In this document: positions 51,123-63,300 of the stretch, piece by piece
Layout of the letters: each line of letters begins with the position of its first letter
How positions within the stretch are numbered: position 1 is the stretch's first letter
Assembly: GCF_902713615.1 (NCBI RefSeq)
Contig: NC_052161.1
Span: forward strand, 44,467,908 to 44,531,907
Length of the DNA: 64,000 nt
Direction: 5' to 3'
DNA from: Scyliorhinus canicula
Taxonomy: Eukaryota
Notes under the pieces: model-generated
What the model was told of the DNA's origin: nothing
The model's input: only the letters and a program-made list of their open reading frames with translations
The model's database searches: none
Program-made: the position numbers and the translations under genes

Positions 51123-52885
51123 TTTTTTTTATTCATTTACGGGATATTGGCATCGCTGGTTAGGCCAGTATTTGTTGCCCATCCCTAGCTGCCCTTCAGA
51201 AGGTCGCGGTGAGTTGCCTTCTTGAACCACTGCAGTCCTTCATGTGTAGGTATACCCTCTGAGCTGGTAGGGAGGGAGTTCCAAGATTCCATCAACAGCG
51301 AAGGAACTGCGATATATTTCCAAGTCAGGGTGGTGAGTGACTTGGAGGGGAACCTCCAAGTGGTGGAGTTACCAGCTATCTGCTGCTCTTCTCCTTCTAG
51401 ATGGTAGGGGTCGTGGGTTTGGAAGGTGCTGTTGAAGGAACCTTGGGAGTTACTGCAGTGCATCTTGCAGATGGTACACAAGGAGGCCACTGTTCGTCGG
51501 TGGTGGATATTTGTGGATGGAGAAACAATCAAGCGGGCTGCTTTGTCCTTGATGGTGTCAAGCTTCTTAAGTGTTGTTGGAGCTGCACTCATCCAAGCAA
51601 CTGGAGAGTATTCCATTACACTCCTGACCTGTGCCTTGTAGATGGTTGATAGGCTTTGCAAAGACAGGAGATGAGTTGCTCGCCATAGGATTCCTAGCCT
51701 TTGACCTGCCCTAGTAGCCACAGTATTAATGTGGCTAGTCCAGTTCAGTTTCTGATCAATGGTAACCCCAGGAATGTTGATTGTGGGGGATTCAGTAATG
51801 ATAATTAAATGTCAAGGGGGTGATGCTTAGATCCTCTCTTGTAGGAGATGGTCATTGCCTGACATTTGTGTGGCATGAATGTTGCTTGCCACTTGTCAGC
51901 CCAAGCCTGGATATTGTCACGGTCTTGCTGCATATGGACATGGACTGCTTCATTATCTGAGGAGTCATGAATGGTGCTGAACATTGTGCAATCATCCCCA
52001 CTTCTGACCTTTTGAAGGAAGACAGGTAATTGATGAAGCAACTGAAGATGTTTTGACACTACCCTGAGGAACTCATGCAGCGATGTCCTAGAACTAAGGT
52101 GATTGACCTCCAACCACTGCAACCATCTTCCATTGTGCCAGGTATGACCGCCAACCAACCCAGCGTTTTCCACCTGATTCCCATTGACTCCCGTTTAGCT
52201 AGGGCTGCGCGATGCCATTCTCGGTAAAATAATGCCTTGATCTCAAGGGCAGTCACTCTCACCTCACCTCTGGGATTTCAACGCTTTTGTCCCTGTTTGA
52301 ACCAAAGAGTTCAGGAGCGAGTGACCCTGGCAGAATCCAAACTGAGTGTCCATGAGCAGGTCATTGCCGAGTAAGTGCCGCTTGATAGCACTGTTGATGA
52401 CTCCTTCCATCACTTTGCTGAGGATGGAGAGTCGACTGATAGGGAGGTAATTGGCTGGGTTGGATTTGTCCTGTTTCTTGTGTGAAGGACTCACATGGAC
52501 AATTTTCCTCATTACCGGATAGATGCTAGTGTTGCAGCTGTACTGGAACAGCTTGGCTAGGGGTGCGGCAAGTTATGGAGCATAAGTCTTCAGTATTATT
52601 GCTGGAATATTATCAAAACCCATAGCCTTTGCATTAAACAGTGCCTGACATCTGTGATGCTGTGGACTTCTGGAGGAGTCTGAGATGCATCATTCACTCG
52701 GCACTACTGGTTGAAGATTGTTGCGAATGCCTCAGCTTTATTTATTGCACATTAGTGCTGGGCTCCTCCATCATTGAGGATTGGATATTTGTGGAGCCTC
52801 TTCCTCAAGTGAGTTGTTTAATACTCCACCACTGTTCAGGGCTGGATGTGGCAGGACTGCAAAGCTTAGATCTGATGCCCGGGTT
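51123..52885 (-). mobile_element. RTEX-like LINE, 5'-truncated
   Basis: HKKQDKSNPANY.PIS.LS..SKVMEG, QFGF and YKAQVRSVMEYS motifs; same tail as the 24479 copy. Confidence 0.88.
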
Positions 52886-53427
52886 GTAGTTAGCTGCCAA
52901 AATCACTCAAATGGTGAAAGGGACGGACCAACATGGATGGAACCCTTAACAAAACACATGGTCATTCCTTCGAAGAGAGGACAAGTTTCTTTAAATTTTT
53001 CATATTCAGCAAAGCATTACAGAGAATTATTTTACGAACATCACTATTTTACATTGGTCAAATGACCAGACCAGGACATTTCCTGTACTTTGGGGGCTGA
53101 AAATTCAAGTACTCCTGTTTCTGAGTATGGGGGTCGCGATTTATGGTTACCATGTGCCTCGTTCCTTTGGAGCAGACAGCACACAAATCTCATGCTGCTT
53201 TCTCATCTGAATGAATACAGAAGGCAGCCCAGTGCTGAATGCACCGCTGATTCTGTGCATTCAACAAGGTGGCAAGCAATGTGTATGTGTGGCCAGCATG
53301 TGGTTAAATTAACCTCCAAATCTTAAAGGTAGTTTATCCTTTTTAAAGGGGAGCAGCAGTAGTTATTGTACAGAAGCTGCTGCTAACCATTTGCAAAAGG
53401 TACGAGACAAAGCACATCATATGAAGT

Positions 53428-53563
53428 AAGAAGTTCTTCCTCAGGTGAATAAAGAGCACTGCTCCAAAAGCTAGTGTTTGAAACAAACATGTTGGACTTT
53501 AACCTGGTGTTGTAAGACTCCTTACTGTGCTCACCCCAGTCCAACGTTGGCATCTCCACATCG
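53428..53563. mobile_element. Penelope-like short element
   Basis: GTTGGACTTTAACCTGGTGTTGTAAGACT...CCCCAGTCCAAC terminus; 11-bp TSD TCATATGAAGT at 53417-53427 and 53564-53574. Confidence 0.7.
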
Positions 53564-53792
53564 TCATATGAAGTGGCAGAGCAGATTGAGGAGTCACAGA
53601 TCTTCTGCTCCGGTGCTGGAAGTATTAATATAGGAGGAGGTGCAAAGGAAGGCAATGTTTCCGCAGGGGGTCGTGAAGCCATCAATACTCAGACTGAGGA
53701 GACATTTGGTGGAAGTAGCCAGGGAGTCTGTCCCTAGGACCTGGCAGACACCTGTCCTCACATGGGTGGTCAAAGTCAGTGGATGCATCTTC

Positions 53793-55531
53793 TTTTTTTT
53801 TAAAATAATTTTTATTGAAAGAATTTTTTACATGAAGATATTTACCCCAACTAACTATAAAATATTACAAAATATTCCCTCTTAACAAATACGCCACCCC
53901 GCCCGAACTCGCGCGCGCGTTGTCCCTCCCCCCCTCCCCCCTCCCCCAAAAACAAACAAAGCAACAATCAACATCAAACATGAACTGCGAGCAAATTTGC
54001 CCGCATTTCAACCGTAAATAACCCACCACAACCGTTGTTGCCACCCCCCCCCCCCTCCCCCCCCCTCCCCTCCCCCCCGGGTTGCTGCTGCTGCGACCTC
54101 TGTACCCTATCTCTGAACCAAAAAGTCAAGGAAAGGCTGCGACCGCCTGAAGAACCCTTGTACCGACCCTCTCAGGGCGAATTTGACCCTTTCCAACTGA
54201 ATAAAGCTTGCCATGTCATTAATCCAAGTTTCCACGCTTGGAGGCCTCGCGTCCTTCCACTGTATTAGTATCCTTCTTCGAGCAACTAGGGACGCAAAGG
54301 CCAGTACTCCGGCCTCTCTCGCCTCCTGTACCCCCGGCTCCACCCCAACCCCAAAGATCGCAAGTCCCCATCCTGGTTTGACCCTGGATCCCACCACCCT
54401 CGACACCGTCCTTGCCACCCCCTTCCAGAACTCCTCCAGTGCCGGACATGCCCAAAACATATGGACATGGTTCGCTGGACTTCCCGAACACCTGACACAT
54501 CTGTCCTCACCCCCAAAGAACCGACTCATCCTTGTCCCCGTCATATGGGCTCTATGTAGCACCTTAAATTGAATGAGGCTAAGCCTCGCACACGAGGAGG
54601 AAGAATTAACCCTCTCCAGGGCATCAGCCCATGTCCCATCCTCTATCTGTTCTCCCAGCTCCCCCTCCCACTTGGCTTTCAGCTCCTCTACTGATGCCTC
54701 CTCCGCCTCCTGCATTACTTTGTAGATGTCCGATATCCTCCTCCCTCCGACCCAGACCCCCGAGAGCACCCTATCACTCGCCCCCCTACTGGGGAGCAAG
54801 GGAAACCCTTCCACCTGGCGTCTAGCAAATGTCTTCACCTGCAAATGTCTAAACATGTTTCCCGGGGGGAGCCCGAATTTCTCCTCCAGCTCTCTCAGGC
54901 TCGCAAACCTCCCATCTACAAACAGATCCTTCAGCTGCCTAATGCCCACCCTGTGCCAGCTCTGAAATCCCCCGTCCATGTTCCCCGGGATGAATCTATG
55001 GTTCCCTCTTAACGGTGCCTCCATCAGACCTCCCACTTCCCCCCTGTGTCGCCTCCACTGCCCCCAGATCTTGAGGGTGGCCGCCACCACCGGGCTCGTG
55101 GTGTACCTCGTGGGAGGGAGCGGCCATGGCGCCGTTACTAGGGCCCCCAGGCTTATGTTGCCACAGGACGTCCTCTCCATTCGTTTCCAAGCTGCCCCCT
55201 CCCCTTCCATCATCCACTTGCGCACCATCGATACATTTGCCGCCCAGTAATACCCCGAAAGATTGGGTAATGCCAGCCCTCCACTATCCCTACTCCGCTC
55301 CAAGAAGACCCTCCTCACCCTTGGGGTGCCGTGCGTCCACACGTAGCTCATAATGCTACTCGTCACCTTTTTGAAGAAGGCCCTAGGGAGGAAGATGGGC
55401 AAGCACTGAAATAAAAACAAAAACCTCAGGAGAACCGTCATTTTGACGGACTGCACTCTGCCCGCCAGCGACAGCGGCACCATGTCCCACCTTTTAAATT
55501 CCTCCTCCATCTGTTCCACCAGCCTGGAGAA
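53793..55531 (-). mobile_element. Young 5'-truncated L1-clade LINE
   Basis: Uninterrupted ORF2 C-terminal frame (54107..55555) with CVRC...HMFWAC, poly(A) tail and perfect 15-bp TSD AGTGGATGCATCTTC at 53778-53792 and 55532-55546. Confidence 0.95.
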
Positions 55532-56960
55532 AGTGGATGCATCTTCAAAGGACACCTCTTATCACAACAGCAACTTCTCATTTCTCGATGGACCACAGCC
55601 CCATCACTCATTCAACAGGAATCAGGGTGCAGGCCTGACGTTCAGATACTCTGCCTCACTCTCATACACAGATCAATTTGCTGGCCTCACATCCACCTCT
55701 TGTTTTCATATACCCCATCTATTCAACTATGACAGATGCATCATCAAATTACATTGCAAAACACTACCTGACATTCTTCCCTCTCTTTTGCAGGGCAAGG
55801 TTGCCCATACTCAGGGGAAGCAGAGCAGAACCAGAGGCAAACAGACATGCCTACATCACCTGAGCCCTTTGGGAGAAAGGGTACTCTGCATCATGGGGGG
55901 CAGTTGTGACAGATGCATCTGATGCCACTGGGCACTGAGTATGTTTCTGCCTTACCCCATCTCAAATCCACACCTTATCCTAATCCTACTCTTTGGCATG
56001 AATTTAAAGCAGCTGATGACCTGTCAATGGACAAATCAAAGGTCTGGTATCCTGGGAGGGAATTTCTGTTCCTCGGGTGGACAGGACCGGAAAATCCTGC
56101 CCAATGTGACCATGAATCTCTTCGTTCCCACCCCACTTCCCTTCCCTGACCTCAATCTTCCCCTTCTGCATTCCTGCTTTCAGTTACCCAAGAACTCATG
56201 ATGAAAGTTGAGAACTGATCCAAATCTCCAAAGAAGCACCATTGCTTGATCTGACAGACACAGCCATCAGATACTGGCAATGGCCTATCTCAGAGGCCAG
56301 TATAAAGTTGTAATCGACATGTGGTGAGTCACTGAGCACGGGTAAGCTGTTCCAGGCCAGGGGAAAAGGATAGTTTGTGTGCCAGTAGCCAGGAGGGTGA
56401 GGTCACAGATGAGTTCTGCTGAAGGGGTCTCAGATGAGGACGGCCATACAGGAAAACGTTGATGAACATGCACACAGAGATTCTTGGAATATTGGCTGGA
56501 CCATTAGCTAGCTTGTTGTGAATGGAGAAAACAGAGGGCTTTGAGTCCATCTTGATAACAGGACTTTGCACAGAGCTTGGAGTCCAAACTCGCCACAGTG
56601 GAAGTGGTGACCAACTCCATGACAGTGATGCAGCAACTGCTGGCTGAAGTCTCCGACTCTATAACAGCAAATGCCTGTGTGCAGTAGTGGAAGCTCAGAT
56701 GATCATGAGATCTATGCTTGCTGCATTGCAAGCTCAGACTGCTGCCACCGTGGCTGTAGATCTCAGTGCTTACAGGGGCTCGTAGCTCAAAAGGTTGATG
56801 ACGGATGACAGAGAGAAATTATGAATTAAGAGCAGACATCCCTTGTTTCCAAGTTATCAGCAAATAATTTGTCATGGTGGCCCACAGACAGTGACTGTCT
56901 CAGGAAGCAAGCTGCATTGTTAAGGGGAATTAACCAACATTATGCTCTGTACCTGCTTGT

Positions 56961-57254
56961 TGTGGTAGTATGACTAGGGAGATTACGGTACCTTAGAACC
57001 ATGCTGCCATTGGTGCAGAAGACTCGCTGCCCATTGACTCAGGCAAGTCATGTGCCTCTCTACCAATTGGCTGAGGCTAGCCATGTGACTACCCGCTGAT
57101 CGGCTGAGAGGTTGGTAGCGAGGTGGGGTATAAGAACTCGTACCAGCTGGCAGTCGACCTTTCTCTGTACGTCTACTGCCGGGCACACATCTAATGCATT
57201 AAAGCCTGTTGTTTGGAACTACTTCACGACTCGAGTCCAATTGATGGTGCATCA
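56961..57254 (+). repeat. 5' LTR (294 bp)
   Basis: TGTGGTAGTATG...GCATCA; TATAA near 57129; ATTAAA at 57198-57203. Confidence 0.8.
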
Positions 57255-58144
57255 ATTTAATACACTAAAATTTTGAAATGGAGCTACGGATCAAGCCAGA
57301 CTGCCTCCGCATCAGCCAGCATGCTACAAACACATCAGCAACGTTTAAACACTGGCTGGCGTGTTTTAACAGCTACCTCGCCACAACAGAAAACCGCCCG
57401 ACAAGGGAACAGAAACTCCACATTCTCCACTCGTGCGTAGTCACCGGCGTCTACTCTCTGATAGAGGATGAACTGGACTATGACGCCGCTATGGATCTGC
57501 TGAAAGGACATTTCATCAGGCCAGTGAATCAGGTCTACGCACGGCACCTCCTGGCTACGAGGCAACAGTTCCCCGGTGAGTCCCTCGACGAATTCTATCC
57601 GGCCCTCATTGTCCTGGGGAGAAATTGCGCCTGCCCGCAGGTCACTGCAGTGTAGCACACCGAACTCTTGATCAGGGACGCCTTCGTGGCGGGCATGCAA
57701 TCATCCCAGATACGCCAGAGGCTTCTGGAAAAGGACATTTTAAGTCTCGTTGAGGCACGGATCCTAGCATCCTCCTTGGAGGTCGCTGACCGCAACGCCC
57801 GCGCGTATGCCCCCGGCCGCGCGGCACCCCTTGGGCAGCGTGGCATGCAACCCCCCCTCACCCCCGCCGATTCAGACCCCCCCCAGACCTGCGCTGCAGG
57901 GTGCCCCGATAAGCCCACGGGCCCCCACTGCTACTTTTGCGGTCAGGCCAAGCACCCCCGCCCACGCTGCCCGGCCCGCCTTGTAAAAGCTGTGGCAAGA
58001 AGGGCCACTATGCAGCTGTCTTCCAGTCAAAATCGGTCGCTGCCGTTCCCGAACAGCGACCGCGACTCCCCCCCCCTGCGCGCCTCTAGGGCCCCGTGCG
58101 GCCCGCGGACCTCGCTGCCTCCACCCCCCACCGCCACAAGTGAC

Positions 58145-58290
58145 CCACGGGCGCCGCCATTTTGGACCCCCGACGCCACGTGCGATTCCCGGGCGCCACC
58201 ATTTTGGGACCCCGACTCCACGTGCGAGCCCCGGGCGCCGCCATTTTGTTCACCCCCACCACGTGCGGCCGACGGGCGCCGCCATCTTGG
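58145..58290 (+). repeat. 42-bp tandem repeat, about 3.5-4 units, at the gag/protease junction
   Basis: GCGCCrCCATyTTG recurs at 58151, 58193, 58235 and 58276. Confidence 0.9.
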
Positions 58291-58747
58291 ATCGGCCTGG
58301 AGGACCCTGCAAGTGAATACTCCATGATGGATGACGACTCCGAGTTCCTGACACGACTCGCCACAGTGACGCGGGATCAATCACGGCCCCGCATGCTTTC
58401 TACGGCGACCACACAGATCCTCCTCAATGGTCATGAGACAAGTTGCCTCCTGGATTCCGGGAGCACAAAGAGTTTCGTCCACCCTGACATGGTAAGACGC
58501 TGCACGCTCCCCGTTCACCCAGTAAAACACAAAATCACTCTGGCCTCTGGTTCGCACTCAGTCCAAATCACCGGGTGCTGCGTGGCGGACCTTACAGTCC
58601 AGGGGAGGGTTTTTAAAAACTATAAACTCCTCGTCCTTCCTCGCCTCTGTGCACCGGCACTCCTAGGACTGGATTTTCAGTGCAACCAGCAGAGCTTAAC
58701 CTTCAAATTCAGTGGCCCTATTCCCCCCCTTACTGTCTGTAGCCTCA

Positions 58748-59228
58748 AGTCCCTCAAGGTTGACCCCCCTTCCTTGTTTGCAAACCTCACCCCGGATTGC
58801 AAACCCGTCGCCACCAGGCGCAGACGGTACAGTGCCCAGGACCGGACCTTCATCAGGTCCGAGGTCCAGAGGATTCTGAAGGAAGGAGTCATAGAGGCTA
58901 GCAACAGTCCCTCAAGGTCGACCCCCCTTCCTTGTTTGCAAACCTCACCCCGGATTGCAAACCCGTCGCCACCAGGCGCAGACGGTACAGTGCCCAGGAC
59001 CGGACCTTCATCAGGTCCGAGGTCCAGAGGATTCTGAAGGAAGGAGTCATAGAGGCTAGCAACAGTCCCTCAAGGTCGACCCCTCTTCCTTGTTTGCAAA
59101 CCTCACCCCGGATTGCAAACCCGTCGCCACCAGGAGCAGACGATACAGTGCCCAGGACCGGACCTTCATTGGGTCCGAGGTCCAAAGGCTCCTGAAGGAA
59201 GGAGTCATAGAGGCTAGCAACAGTCCCT
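58748..59228 (+). repeat. 158-bp tandem triplication in pol
   Basis: AGTCCCT recurs at 58748, 58906, 59064 and 59222; FANLTPDCKPVATR is encoded three times. Confidence 0.95.
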
Positions 59229-60377
59229 GGCGAGCACAAGTGCTGGTGGTTAGGACTGGGGAGAAAAACCGGATGGTCATTGACTACAGTCAGACCATCA
59301 ACAGGTTTACGCAGCTGGACGCGTATCCTCTCCCCCGTATCTCCAACCTGGTTAACAGGATCGCGCAGTACAAAGTGTTTTCCACGGTGGACCTTAAGTC
59401 CGCCTATCACTAGCTACCCATCCGCACGAGTGACCGAAAGTATACTGCGTTCGAAGCAGATGGGCGACTCTACCACTTTCTAAGGGTTCCATTCGGTGTC
59501 ACAAATGGGGTTTCGGTCTTCCAAAGGGAGATGGACCGAATGGTCGACCAATATGGTTTACGGGAAACTTTCCCGTATCTCAACAATGTCACCATCTGCG
59601 GCCATGATCAGCAGGACCACGACACCAACCTCCGCAAATTCCTCCGTACCGCAAAACTCCTTAACCTCACTTATAATAAGGATAAGTGGGTGTTCAGCAC
59701 CGACCGTCTAGCCATCCTCTGCTACGTGGTGCGTAACGGAATGATAGGCCCCGACCCCGAACGCATGCGCCCCCTAATGGAACTTCCCTCCCCAACTCCC
59801 TCAAAGCCCTCAAACGCTGTCTGGGCTTCTTTTCCTATTATGCCCAGTGGGTCCCTAACTACGCTGACAAAGCCCACCCCCTCATCCAGTCCAACACATT
59901 CCCCCTGTCAATGGAGGCCCGCCAGGCCTTTAGCCGCATCAAAGCAGATATCGCAAAGGCCACGATGCGCGCTATCGACGAGTCCCTCCCATTTCAGGTC
60001 GAGAGCGACGCGTCTGATGTAGCTCTGGCGGCCACCCTCAACCAAGCGGGCAGACCCGTGGCCTTCTTCTCCCGGACCCTCCACGCTTCCGAAATCTGCC
60101 ATTCCTTGGTGGAAAAGGAGGCACAGGCCATTGCCGAAGCTGTGCGACATTGGAGGCACTATCTGGCCGGCAGGAGGTTCACCCTCCTCACAGACCAACG
60201 GTCAGTGGCCTTTATGTTTGATAATGCACAGAGGGGCAAGATCAAGAACGACAAGATCTTGCGGTGGCGATCGAGTTGTCCACGTACAATTACGATATCT
60301 TGTATCGTCCTGTAAGCTCAACGAGCCTCCTGATGCCCTGTCCCGCAGTACCTGCGCCAATGCACAGGTGGACCGCC

Positions 60378-63300
60378 AGTACATATGGGCATGGTTTGCT
60401 GGGCTCCCTGAACACCTAATACACCTGTCCTCGCTCCCAAAGAACCGACTCATCCTTGTCCCGGTCATGTGAGCCCTATGCAGCACCTTAAACTGTATGA
60501 GGCTAAGCCTTGCACAAGAAGAGGAGGAGTTCACCCTTCCTAGGGCGTCCGCCCATGTTCTCTCCTCAATCTCCTCACCCAGCTCCTCCTCCCATTTACC
60601 CTTCAGCCCTCCCACCGAGGCCTCGTCTACCTCCTGCATCACTTGGTACGTTGCCGAGATCCTCCCCTCTCCAACCCACACCCCCGAGAGCACCCTGTCC
60701 TCGACGCCCGCGGCGGCAACAGAGGGAACCCCGCCACCTGCCGCCTGACAAACGCCCTTACCTGCATGTACTTAACGCCCTTACCTGCATGCCCTTCCCC
60801 GGGGGGAGCCCGAACTTCCCTTCCAGCTCACCCAGGCTCGCAAACTTCCCATCTACAAACAGGTCCTTCAACCTCCTAACACCTGCCCTGTGCCAACTCA
60901 GGAACCTGCCATCGATTCCCCCGTATCGGGGACCCCATCGAGACCCCCACCTCCCCCCTGTGCCGTCTCCATTGCCCCCAAATTTTGAGGGTAGCCTCCA
61001 CCACCGGGCTCGTGGTATACCTCGTTGGAGGGAGCGGCAATGGCACCGTTACCAGCGCCTCCAGGCTCATGTCCACACAGGAAGCCATCTCCATCCTCTT
61101 CCATGCTGCCCCTTCCCCGTCCATCACCCACTTACGCACCAATAATACCCACAGAGTTTAGGCAGCGCCAGCCCCCCCTATCACTGCCCCGCTCCAGGAA
61201 CACCCTTCTCACCCTCGGGGTCCAGTGCGCCCACACAAACCCGGTAATGCTCCTGTTAACCCGCCTGAAAAAGGCCTTCGGGATAAGGATGGGGAGGCAC
61301 TGGAACAGGAACAGAAATCTCGGGAGCACCATCATCTTGACTGATTGCACCCTACCCGCCAGAGACAGCGGCAACATATCCCATCTCTTAAACTCCTCCT
61401 CCATTTGCTCCACCAGCCTTGTGAGGTTAAGCTTATGCAAGGCCCCCCAGCTCCTGGCCACCTGGACCCCCAAGTACCTGAAGCTCCTCTCCGCCCTTTT
61501 TAGTGGGAGCCTACCAATCCCCCCCTTCTGGTCTCCTGGGTGTACAACGAACAGTTCGCTCTTCCCCATGTTGAGCTTGTATCCTGAGAAATCCCCAAAT
61601 TCCCTGAGAATCCTCATCACCTCTGGCATTCCCCCCACCGGGTCCGCCACATACAACAATAGGTCATCCGCATAAAGCAGCACTCGGTGTTCCTACCCAT
61701 CCTGCACCAGCCCCCTCCAGTTCCTTGACTCCCTCAGCGCCATGGCCAGGGGATCAATTGCCAGCGCAAAAAGCAGGGGGACAAGGGACACCCCTGCCTC
61801 CTCCCTCGGTATAACCGGAAATTCTCCGACCTCCTCCTATTCGTGGCCACGCTCGCCATCGGGGCCTCATATAACAGCCTCACCCACCTGACAAACTCCT
61901 CCCCAAACCCAAACCTTTCCAGAACCTCCCACAAGTACCCCCGCTCAACCCTATCAAAGGCCTTCTCCGCGTCCAACGCCACCACTATCTCCGCCTCCCC
62001 TTCTACCGCCGGCATCATTATAACATTCAAGAGCCTCCGTATGTTAGTAATCAGCTGCCTCCCTTTCACGAACCCCGTTTGATCCTCATGGATAACCTGT
62101 GGCACACAGTCCTCTGTCCTCGTGGCTAAAATCTTCGCCAACAGCTTGGCGTCCACATTTAAGAGTGAGATCGGCCTGTATGACCCACACTGCAGGGGAT
62201 CCTTGTCCCACTTAAGGATCAAGGAAATCAGCGCCCGAGACATCGTCGGAGGCAGAGCCCCCCCTTCCCTTGCCTCGTTGAAGGTCCTAACCAACAGGGG
62301 GCCCAACAGGTCTGCACACATCTTATAGAATTCGACCAGGAACCCATCCAGCCCCAGCGCCTTCCCCGACTGCATGCTCCCTATCCCTTTGACCAGCTCC
62401 TCCAGCTCAACCGGCGCCCCCAGTCCATCCACCTGTCCCTCCTCCACCCTCGGGAATCTCAGCCGGTCCAAAAAGCGCCCAATCCCCCCTCCTCCGCTGG
62501 GGGTTCGGACGGATACAGTTCCTCATTAAAGTCCCTGAAGACCCCATTAATGTCTACCCCCCTTCGCACCACATTCCCTCCCCTATCCTTAACTCCACTA
62601 ATCTCCCTGGCCGCATCCCGCTTACGGAGCTGGTGCGCCAGCATCCTGCTCGCCTTCTCCCCATATTCATACACCGCTCCCTGCGCCTTCCTCCACTGAG
62701 CTTCCGCCTTTCTGGTGGTCAACAAGTCGAAATCAGCCTGGAGACTACACCGTTCCCTCAGCAATCCCTCCTCCTGAGCCTCTGCGTATCTCCTGTCCAC
62801 CCTCACCATCTCCCCTACCAGTCTCTCCCTCTCTCTGCTCTCTCCTCTCCCTGTGGGCTCGAATGGAGATCAACTCCCCCCTGACCACCGCCTTCAGTGC
62901 CTCCCAGACCGTCCCCACTTGGGCCTCCCCATTGTCATTCGCCTCCAGGTACCTCTCGATACATCCTCCAACCCGCCCCCCCCCCCCACCTCCTCGTCCG
63001 CCAGCAGCCCCACCTCCAAGCGCCAAGCGGGCGCTGGTCTCTCTCCTCCCCCAGCTCGAGGTCCACCCAGTGCGGGGCACGGTCAGAAATGGCTATCGCC
63101 GAATACTCAGCATCCTCCACCCTCGCAATCAGCGCCCTACTCATAACGAAAAAATCAATCCGGGAATAGGCCTTATGCACATGGGAGAAGTATGAAAATT
63201 CCCTGGCCCTCGGCCTCGCAAACCTCCATGGATCCACCCCTCCCATCTGGTCCATAAACCCCCTCAACACCTTAGCCGCCGCTGGCCTCCTACCCGTCCT

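Larger units (their letters stand above)
53092..56960 (+). mobile_element. Decayed Harbinger-like element with a Myb/SANT-like ORF, hosting Penelope, L1 and Gypsy insertions
   Basis: GGGGCTGAAAATT start; LEVLI..EVQRKAMFP...EVARES.PRTWQ exon; acceptor TTTGCAG at 55793, then GKVAHTQGKQSRT. Confidence 0.5.
56961..60377 (+). mobile_element. Ty3/Gypsy LTR retrotransposon, decayed and cut off after RNase H
   Basis: 5' LTR; gag from 57278 with CYFCGQAKH...C knuckle; protease LLDSGS; RT (DAYPLP, DLKSAYH, PFG, YLNN); RNase H (SDAS, EKEA, TDQ). Confidence 0.93.

Noticed and set aside
54107-55555. 482-aa ORF as a host gene
   Set aside because: It is the C-terminal part of L1 ORF2 inside a TSD-flanked truncated insertion, and its start lies in flanking DNA.
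440-57254. LTRs at 440 and 56961 as the two ends of one giant element
   Set aside because: They share only termini. The first follows a PPT (3' LTR) and the second precedes gag (5' LTR), so they belong to different insertions.
58145-59228. CRISPR-like arrays
   Set aside because: These are head-to-tail tandem repeats without unique spacers, in a eukaryotic retrotransposon with no cas genes.
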